Of a DNA stretch of 32,000 nucleotides, positions 25,946 to 32,000 are shown piece by piece. The notes below the pieces were generated by a model. That model was given only the letters and a program-made list of their open reading frames with translations. It did no database searches and was not told where the DNA came from. This stretch comes from Erysipelothrix inopinata (lineage in GTDB: Bacteria; Bacillota_I; Bacilli_A; Erysipelotrichales; Erysipelotrichaceae): NCBI RefSeq assembly GCF_014396165.1, contig NZ_CP060715.1, forward strand, positions 2,130,001 to 2,162,000, in the 5' to 3' direction. A program made the translations under genes and the position numbers. Each line of letters begins with the position of its first letter. The first letter of the stretch is position 1.

Positions 25946-27226
25946 ATGTCCAATCAAAATAATACACGAATTTTACTTAATATTAAAGACAAATCCATAC
26001 ATTTTTCAGATGAAAGTGTTCAACAAGAAGTCATAAAAGGAGTTTTATCTCACGTTGTATACGCTACACACTCTCCGGATCATCCCGATTATTGCACAAA
26101 ATGTGGTTGCATTAATCAAGATAACTCTATTATTAAAAACGGAACTAAGTCTGTCACAATTAAACTTCCAAAGTGTTCTAATTTCACAACCTACTTAAAA
26201 CTTAAAAAACAACGCTATTACTGCAAGATGTGTTCGCATACATTTATCTCTCAAACAAACCTAGTTGATAAAAACTGCTCCATATCCAAGAACACCTATC
26301 ATAAAGTACTTTTAGAAATTAAGACAAAACGTTCTGTTTGGGATATATCAAAGAGTAATAATATCTCTCACACTACCATTAACTCTTGGATCACAAATAT
26401 CAATTCAAAGTTTATTCAACCTCACAATTCCTTGCCCAAGAACCTATCCTTCGATGAGTTTAAGTCAGTTAAAGAGGTTAAGGGTAAGATGTCATTTATT
26501 TTTACAGACGCTGATACAGGTAAGATACTGGATATCCTTACGCATCGTCATATTGGTTTCCTCAAGTCTTATTTCTTTTCATTCCCTCTTGAAGTTAGAA
26601 AACAAGTAGAGACTGTTTCTATGGATATGTTTAAAGGATATATCGACCTCGTAAAGTCCTGTTTCCCTAACGCTAAAATAATTACCGATAGATTCCATGT
26701 CGTTCAGCTTATTAATCGATCATTCAACTCTGTAAGGACGCAAGTTATGAAAGAGAATAAACAATACTACTCTAAATTGAAGAAGTATTGGAAACTCTTA
26801 ATGATGACTCAAGATGATTTAGATGACAAAGAATATAAGCACTTTAAGTGTTTCCCTCATCTTATGACTGAACAACAGGTCGTCGATGAACTCTTGAGAT
26901 CTTCAAAAGAACTCGAAGAGTGTTATTGGTTAATGCAGCGAATACGGCTCTCTATCAATAACAGGCAAATAGACTATTTCGAAGACTTAATATCCAAGAA
27001 TTACAAACATCTACCCAAGACGATTCAAACCACAATCAATACATTCAACTATCATAAAACATCGATACTTAATGCACTTACTTATGAATACTCAAACGGA
27101 AAATTAGAAGGTACTAATAACTTAATAAAAGTAATTAAGAGAATTGCATTCGGGTATCGATCATTCACAAATTTTAGAGCGAGAGTTTTACTTATAAGCA
27201 ACACAATGTTACCATTACAATTATAA
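25946..27226 (+). CDS. ISL3-family transposase
   Basis: 426 aa. N-terminal zinc-finger Cys pairs (CTKCGC, CKMCSH), an HTH region, and a DDE domain with LSFDEF, MDMFKGY, DRFHVVQ and NGKLEGTNNLIKVIKR motifs typical of ISL3 transposases. Confidence 0.9.
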   Translation: MSNQNNTRILLNIKDKSIHFSDESVQQEVIKGVLSHVVYATHSPDHPDYCTKCGCINQDNSIIKNGTKSVTIKLPKCSNFTTYLKLKKQRYYCKMCSHTFISQTNLVDKNCSISKNTYHKVLLEIKTKRSVWDISKSNNISHTTINSWITNINSKFIQPHNSLPKNLSFDEFKSVKEVKGKMSFIFTDADTGKILDILTHRHIGFLKSYFFSFPLEVRKQVETVSMDMFKGYIDLVKSCFPNAKIITDRFHVVQLINRSFNSVRTQVMKENKQYYSKLKKYWKLLMMTQDDLDDKEYKHFKCFPHLMTEQQVVDELLRSSKELEECYWLMQRIRLSINNRQIDYFEDLISKNYKHLPKTIQTTINTFNYHKTSILNALTYEYSNGKLEGTNNLIKVIKRIAFGYRSFTNFRARVLLISNTMLPLQL

Positions 27227-27282
27227 AAAGCTCCACCACAAATTAATGTGATGGAGCCGTGACTCTAAATCAATATTGGAGT

Positions 27283-27308
27283 TCACCAACACTAGATTTT
27301 CAAGAGCC
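27283..27308. repeat. IS right inverted repeat (IRR)
   Basis: TCACCAACACTAGATTTTCAAGAGCC is the reverse complement partner of IRL. Confidence 0.85.
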
Positions 27309-27316
27309 CCTTTTTT
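27309..27316. repeat. Target-site duplication, right copy (CCTTTTTT)
   Basis: Identical to 25804-25811. It overlaps the trmD stop codon by 2 nt. Confidence 0.85.
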
Positions 27317-28034
27317 ATTCTTCTGAATTTATTTCTGCTAATAATTTGATTTCTAGAGGTGTTAAATCACGACTTTCAATGAGCTCCGGTCTCATTTTTT
27401 GGGTTTTACGAAGTGACTCTTTAAGACGATAATTACGAACATTCTCATGGTGACCACTAACGAGTACATCAGGAACTTCCATTCCTTCATATTCACGTGG
27501 TCTAGTATAGTGAGGATATTCAAGAAGGCCATTACTGAACGAATCATCCTCATGCGATTCTTGAGTAATAACTCCGTCCACAAGACGAATCACTGAGTCT
27601 GCTACGACCATCGATGCAACTTCACCACCCGTGAGGACATAATCTCCAATGGACAATTCCATATCAACATACGAACGAATTCTCTCATCAAATCCCTCAT
27701 AATGTCCACATAATAGAATTATATGTTTTTCCTTAGCAAGATCATAGGATACAGATTGTTTTAATGTTTTCCCTTGAGGTGTCATCATGACCACCAACGA
27801 GTCCTCAGTACGTGTCGCTTTAATGGCATCAACCACAGGTTGACACATCAACACAAGACCCGCACCACCACCATATGGATAATCATCAACACGGTTATGT
27901 TTATCTTCCGTAAAAGAACGCATGTCTACGACTTCAATCTCAATGATTTCTTTTAGGATGGCTTTTTTAATAATTGAGGTTTCAACAAATCCCGTAAACA
28001 TCTCAGGAAAGAGTGTTAAGATACTAATCTTCAT
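27315..28034 (-). CDS. trmD: tRNA (guanine37-N1)-methyltransferase
   Basis: 239 aa with ILTLFPEMF, DDYPYGGGAGLVL, LLCGHYEGFDERI and SIGDYVLTGGE motifs. Confidence 0.93.
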   Translation of the reverse strand: MKISILTLFPEMFTGFVETSIIKKAILKEIIEIEVVDMRSFTEDKHNRVDDYPYGGGAGLVLMCQPVVDAIKATRTEDSLVVMMTPQGKTLKQSVSYDLAKEKHIILLCGHYEGFDERIRSYVDMELSIGDYVLTGGEVASMVVADSVIRLVDGVITQESHEDDSFSNGLLEYPHYTRPREYEGMEVPDVLVSGHHENVRNYRLKESLRKTQKMRPELIESRDLTPLEIKLLAEINSEE

Positions 28035-28531
28035 TACAAACCTTCCATCCAGTCTACATCAATTCGTTTTTCATCAATATCCACTCCAGCAATGAATTTC
28101 TCAACAAACGGAATGAGAATATCACGATCTTCAGCTTTAACGCGAAGAATTGGGTGCGCAGGTGTATCCATCACTTCACTGACAATACCCAGTTCAATAT
28201 TATTTGAGAAGACATGGCAATCTTCAAGATCTGAAAAGTAGTACTCATCTTCGGGTAATTCATGCATCATTTCTTTTGAAATGAAAAGTTCACCTTGATG
28301 AAAGTGCTCAACATCATTGAGCGTATCAAGTCCTTCAAACTTCACAAGAACAGAACCCTTATGATTTCTCATCGATTCAATCACAAAAGGATACGACTTC
28401 CCGTTAAGTTCCATCATAATATGATTTCCTTTTGCAAAACGTTCTTTTACAAAGTCAGTTTTCGGCATTATTTTTACTTCACCTCTAATACCAAAAGGTT
28501 TTTGGATAATTCCAATATTGATTAATTCCAT
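28034..28531 (-). CDS. rimM: 16S rRNA processing protein RimM
   Basis: IGIIQKPFGIRGEVKI N-terminal motif and a PRC-barrel C-terminus. I prefer the ATG at 28531 (GGAGG 5 nt upstream); the listed 28543 start is a TTG inside that RBS. The stop overlaps the trmD start. Confidence 0.88.
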   Translation of the reverse strand: MELINIGIIQKPFGIRGEVKIMPKTDFVKERFAKGNHIMMELNGKSYPFVIESMRNHKGSVLVKFEGLDTLNDVEHFHQGELFISKEMMHELPEDEYYFSDLEDCHVFSNNIELGIVSEVMDTPAHPILRVKAEDRDILIPFVEKFIAGVDIDEKRIDVDWMEGL

Positions 28532-28541
28532 ACTAACCTCC

Positions 28542-28568
28542 AAAAAAAGGATGTAACAAATACATCCT
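28542..28568 (-). terminator. Intra-operon terminator-like hairpin between the KH gene and rimM
   Basis: Perfect 8-bp stem AGGATGTA / TACATCCT with a 5-nt loop. On the minus strand it is followed by a T7 run and then directly by the rimM RBS. Confidence 0.45.
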
Positions 28569-28816
28569 TAATAAGATTCAAATTTAATTGAAATTCGTTG
28601 ATCAAGGACACGCGATCCAATTGCCATAGTTTGACGTATTGCATGCGCCATAACTCCTTGACGACCAATTAAACGTGCAATATCAGCACTTTCTGCATAT
28701 ATTGCGAGAATCACTTCTTTTTCATCTAAGCTCGGTAACCTCTTGACACTCAAACTCTTTTCATCTTCCACTAACGGAAGAACTAAATCATAAAGAATAT
28801 CTTCAACCGGTTTCAT
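28568..28816 (-). CDS. KH-domain RNA-binding protein (YlqC family)
   Basis: 82 aa. The GxxG-type motif LIGRQGVMAHAIR and its conserved position between rpsP and rimM. Confidence 0.8.
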   Translation of the reverse strand: MKPVEDILYDLVLPLVEDEKSLSVKRLPSLDEKEVILAIYAESADIARLIGRQGVMAHAIRQTMAIGSRVLDQRISIKFESY

Positions 28817-28818
28817 AA

Positions 28819-29091
28819 TTATTTAGTTAATTTTGATTCGTGGAAACGAGTCATGATTCCTTCTTTTGAAAGAATACTACGAACTGTGTCAGATGGTTGA
28901 GCTCCTACTGATAACCATTTCATTGCTTTTTCTTCGTCAACACTTACAACTGCAGGTGTTTTAGTTGGATCATAGTAACCTACGATTTCGATAAAACGAC
29001 CATCACGAGGTGCACGTGAATCTGCTGCAACAATTCTGTAAAAAGGTTTTTGTTTTGAACCCATTCTTCTTAAACGTAATTTAACTGCCAT
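28819..29091 (-). CDS. rpsP: 30S ribosomal protein S16
   Basis: 90 aa beginning [35 protein letters not shown]. Confidence 0.95.
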   Translation of the reverse strand: MAVKLRLRRMGSKQKPFYRIVAADSRAPRDGRFIEIVGYYDPTKTPAVVSVDEEKAMKWLSVGAQPSDTVRSILSKEGIMTRFHESKLTK

Positions 29092-29125
29092 TATGTATAG
29101 CCTCCTTGTAAATCATTTCTTAACA

Positions 29126-29154
29126 AGAATATCATAGCAACTTGATGGTGTCAA
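29126..29154 (-). promoter_or_regulatory. Candidate promoter of the rpsP operon
   Basis: Read on the minus strand: TTGACA, 17-nt spacer, TATTCT, upstream of an AAGGAGG RBS. The -10 box is weak. Confidence 0.45.
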
Positions 29155-29160
29155 GGACTT

Positions 29161-30099
29161 TTACTTAACACCTTTAGGTTTATAGAAATTTCTATTATCA
29201 AGTGCAAACATTCTTGGACTAAACTCACCTTCATTAAGGTCAGAATATACTTTTTCAAACATATTAGTACGTGCATCGGTGTTATCAATAATATTTAACA
29301 TTTCTGCTTCTTTGAGCATAGGTACAACGGGTGATCCGTAATCAAGTTGTCCATGATGCGATAAAATCATGTGACGCAACATTAACGTTTGTTCAGCATC
29401 GGCATAACCAAGTTTTTCAGCTATTCCTACAAAATGACCATGCATAATGGAAATATGTCCAATTAAGCGCCCTTCAACAGAGTACTCACTCAAGACAGGT
29501 GCTGTATACTCATCGATTTTTCCCATGTCATGGATGATGACACCTGCTACCAATAAGTCACGATTATAGATTGGATACAACTCACACATTGCGTAGGCCA
29601 TTTTAGCCATACCATATACGTGTGTTGCAAGCCCTCCTACAAAATCATGGTGATTACGTGTTGCGGCAGGATATTGATAGAAACGATCCCCACAGTAATC
29701 AAGTGACGCTTGAACGAGTTCTTTAATGATTGGATCTTCAATATCACTAACAAATCCTGCGATTTCATTTCTTAGAAAATCAACATCATATTGCGAAGCA
29801 TTCACAAAATCACTTAACGAATAGGCTGTTTGGTCTAATGATGTAATACCGTGGATTCTTAACTGAAGACTTTGACGGTACTGAAGTACATCACAGTTGA
29901 CTTCACTAATAAGCCCCACTTTAATAATTTCTTCTTGTTCTGGTTTAACATCCCAAATCTTTCCTTCAATCTCACCAGTATTATCTTGAACTGTAATCGA
30001 AAGATAAGGAGCGCCATTTTGAGTAACACCTTTAGTAACACGATTAATCAATAAGGGTGTCTTAACTTTCATTCCCGATTCAAATTCTTTAATCTTCAT
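29161..30099 (-). CDS. yhaM: 3'-5' exoribonuclease YhaM (OB-fold plus HD domain)
   Basis: 312 aa. N-terminal OB-fold pattern (LINRVTKGVTQNGAPYLSITVQDNTGEIEGKIWD) and HD-domain motifs (HHDFVGGLATH, IIHDMGK). The start lies inside the 3' end of the upstream ORF (11-nt overlap). Confidence 0.85.
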   Translation of the reverse strand: MKIKEFESGMKVKTPLLINRVTKGVTQNGAPYLSITVQDNTGEIEGKIWDVKPEQEEIIKVGLISEVNCDVLQYRQSLQLRIHGITSLDQTAYSLSDFVNASQYDVDFLRNEIAGFVSDIEDPIIKELVQASLDYCGDRFYQYPAATRNHHDFVGGLATHVYGMAKMAYAMCELYPIYNRDLLVAGVIIHDMGKIDEYTAPVLSEYSVEGRLIGHISIMHGHFVGIAEKLGYADAEQTLMLRHMILSHHGQLDYGSPVVPMLKEAEMLNIIDNTDARTNMFEKVYSDLNEGEFSPRMFALDNRNFYKPKGVK

Positions 30100-32000
30100 C
30101 TTTCAATTCCTCCATTACTTTCGCAATCATATCGTAGTTATAACCACGAGATAATGCATTTTTCACAACCCGATTTCTTGTTTCGTTATCATCATATCGT
30201 TTTGAATAACGTTCAAATGATTTTAACATAACAGCTCTCAAGCTATCGTATTCATCGCCCTCACTATAAGGGTCTTCCATATTTCTAATAACATCATTGA
30301 TAACATTGAAATCAAACCCTTGTCGTTGAAGATGTTGTCCTAATTTCGCTTCACGTTGACGTGTAGATCCATCTTTAACAGTTCTTAAAAATGATTCTGA
30401 ACGTTTTGTTGCACGTGCAAGGTAATCATCATAATCTTCATCTTCAAGTGCATCTTGAATTTTGTCGATATCAAAACCACGTTTGGTTAAGTCTTCGACG
30501 ATTCTATGGTTTCCACGCATTTGTTCACGATGATATTCAATCTTATCTCTAAAGTATCGTTCATCATCAATAAAGCGTCGCTTCTCAAGAAGACTAATAA
30601 TAATATCAATTTGTTCTTGAGTTAGATCACGCTTCTCACGAAGGTATTCCGCCATTTCAAAACTTGTATAATCACGAACACCAATTCGTGATAAAGCGAG
30701 TTGATATGCTTCGTAGACAATTTGATCATCTTCAATTTCATTTAATTCATTTCGAGACATAACACTTCCCACCTCGATTTCACGTCGTTCCTGAATCATT
30801 GGATCAATAATCATTGTTTCAACACCTGACTTCGTCTCAAGTGATAGATAGATTTCTTCACCACGATCATCAACACTCAATACGGTTGCTTTACCAAAGT
30901 AAACATCAATTCCCTTTTGGTATACTTCCAATACTCGATCCGCAAACAACTTACTGTCATAGGTCTGAGCATAACTGAGCGCTGTATCATGAAGTTCCTT
31001 TTTCTTATTTTCATCGGCAGTAATAAACTGATATGCTTTATCCGCAAACTCTTCAGAAGAAGTAAAGAGATAACCGGTGATATCATCTTCGATGATACCC
31101 TCTAAAGGCTTGTCAGGACGCGCAAACACACATAGACCACATGCAAGTGCCTCAATGTATGTAAGACCTTGTGTTTCCGTTAAAGAAGCGGAAATAAAGG
31201 CATTCGCAACATGATAATAGTTTACAACTTGATCACTTGAAACAGGTCCCACAAAAATGACCTTATCAGCAATCCCAAGTTTATGAGCTTGGATTTCCAA
31301 TTCACTATCAGAAGGACCACCACCCACTATCATTAACTTCGCATTCACATCGCGCTTCAATAAAACTGCAAATGCTTCAATAACTACATCAATACTCTTT
31401 TCCTTCGCAAGTCTTCCTATATACACAAAGAGACTTGTTTCAGGGTCGATATTATATTTTTCTCTAATCCCTTTTAGTTCCTCTTCATTACGAACTTTAA
31501 AGCGATCCAAGTCAAGTCCTGTAGGAATGACAGCAATTTCTTTCTTTATGTCATATCCCAAGAGCATCTTCTTTGTTTTATCAGAAGGCGCAATCACAAC
31601 CTGTGCAGACTTACTGAACATTCTCGACATCTTTGCAACTGCTTTACGTGATAGTTGGTCTACCGATTTTAAGCCAAGTAAGTTTACATAATGTGTATAG
31701 TCTTCGTAAGTCGTATGGTATGTTGAAATCAAAGGTAAATGTAAATTTCTTGCTACAACACGTGCAAACATCCCAATACCAAACTCAGAGTGAACATGAA
31801 TGACATCCAACTCCATCTCTTCGATAACAGCTTGAGCTTGAATATGCAACGGACTGCTTAATACATATCCATATAAAAACTTAAGTTCTACACCAGGTAA
31901 TCTCAATACACCATCTTCATAGGTAGTACTGATTATTGAAGGTTGGTTGGTAACGACAAAAACAGCATGTCCTTGTTTTTCCAACGCATTCTTCAGTGTT
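30089..32000 (-). CDS. Fusion protein: GT4-family glycosyltransferase (glycolipid-synthase-like) N-terminal domain plus full-length RecX C-terminal domain; 5' end outside the window
   Basis: The frame stays open to base 32000 (TLKNAL precedes the listed TTG codon), so roughly 20-30 N-terminal aa are missing. See the two domain features below. Confidence 0.75.
   Translation of the reverse strand, partial: TLKNALEKQGHAVFVVTNQPSIISTTYEDGVLRLPGVELKFLYGYVLSSPLHIQAQAVIEEMELDVIHVHSEFGIGMFARVVARNLHLPLISTYHTTYEDYTHYVNLLGLKSVDQLSRKAVAKMSRMFSKSAQVVIAPSDKTKKMLLGYDIKKEIAVIPTGLDLDRFKVRNEEELKGIREKYNIDPETSLFVYIGRLAKEKSIDVVIEAFAVLLKRDVNAKLMIVGGGPSDSELEIQAHKLGIADKVIFVGPVSSDQVVNYYHVANAFISASLTETQGLTYIEALACGLCVFARPDKPLEGIIEDDITGYLFTSSEEFADKAYQFITADENKKKELHDTALSYAQTYDSKLFADRVLEVYQKGIDVYFGKATVLSVDDRGEEIYLSLETKSGVETMIIDPMIQERREIEVGSVMSRNELNEIEDDQIVYEAYQLALSRIGVRDYTSFEMAEYLREKRDLTQEQIDIIISLLEKRRFIDDERYFRDKIEYHREQMRGNHRIVEDLTKRGFDIDKIQDALEDEDYDDYLARATKRSESFLRTVKDGSTRQREAKLGQHLQRQGFDFNVINDVIRNMEDPYSEGDEYDSLRAVMLKSFERYSKRYDDNETRNRVVKNALSRGYNYDMIAKVMEELKDED
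30092..30889 (-). other. recX: RecX domain of the fusion ORF
   Basis: The last ~265 aa run from ATVLSVDDRGEEIYLSL to the end. They carry three-helix repeat units (FEMAEYLREKRDLTQEQIDIIISLLEKRRFIDDERYFRD; RIVEDLTKRGFDIDKIQDAL; KLGQHLQRQGFDFNVINDVI; RVVKNALSRGYNYDMIAKVMEE). These align by eye along the long Firmicute RecX proteins, including their N-terminal beta segment. Confidence 0.7.
30890..32000 (-). other. GT4 glycosyltransferase domain of the fusion ORF
   Basis: LEKQGHAVFVVT (N-terminal Rossmann lobe), IHVHSEFG, VYIGRLAKEKSID, and SASLTETQGLTYIEALACG (the GT4 E-x7-E motif). Confidence 0.75.

Larger units (their letters stand above)
25812..27308 (+). mobile_element. ISL3-family insertion sequence, apparently intact (1497 bp)
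   Basis: 26-bp terminal inverted repeats (23 of 26 matching), an 8-bp direct target duplication, and a single 426-aa ISL3-type transposase ORF. Confidence 0.9.

Noticed and set aside
27271-27308. A possible outward-facing promoter in the IS right end that would drive antisense transcription into trmD.
   Set aside because: The candidate hexamers (TTGGAG ... TAGATT) are only 11 nt apart, and no better pair exists, so the sequence does not support it.

Overview
Low-GC Firmicutes/Bacillota chromosomal segment; the exact taxon cannot be set without a database search. It is mostly core genes in tight minus-strand operons. These are: the 3' end of a class A PBP; tseB-like-dnaD-nth-murF-ddl-alr; rpsB-tsf-pyrH-frr-uppS-cdsA-rseP (no dxr); a small ORF-aminotransferase-membrane/TPR cluster; a DacA-type carboxypeptidase; rpsP-KH-rimM-trmD; yhaM; and a GT4 glycosyltransferase. 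Accessory or unusual content sits between these blocks. (1) An orphan PTS EIIC and a PIG-L deacetylase with altered catalytic motifs lie divergent from an RpiR regulator and a tandem-GNAT protein, with a well-defined promoter/cre/inverted-repeat control region. (2) A two-gene operon encodes a secreted glucosaminidase ending in a clear type I dockerin, plus a membrane-anchored surface protein. (3) A membrane-tethered minimal I-TevI-type GIY-YIG nuclease and a small cytoplasmic protein sit where the conserved rseP-proS-polC order breaks. (4) An intact ISL3-family IS (1497 bp, 26-bp inverted repeats, 8-bp target duplication) is inserted in the shared terminator next to trmD. (5) One open frame fuses the GT4 glycosyltransferase to a full-length RecX and is translationally coupled to yhaM. 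(6) The endonuclease III has lost all four Fe-S cysteines. All domain calls rest on motif recognition by eye and on synteny knowledge. No searches were run. I did not see rRNA, tRNA or CRISPR signatures by eye; no tRNA scan was run.
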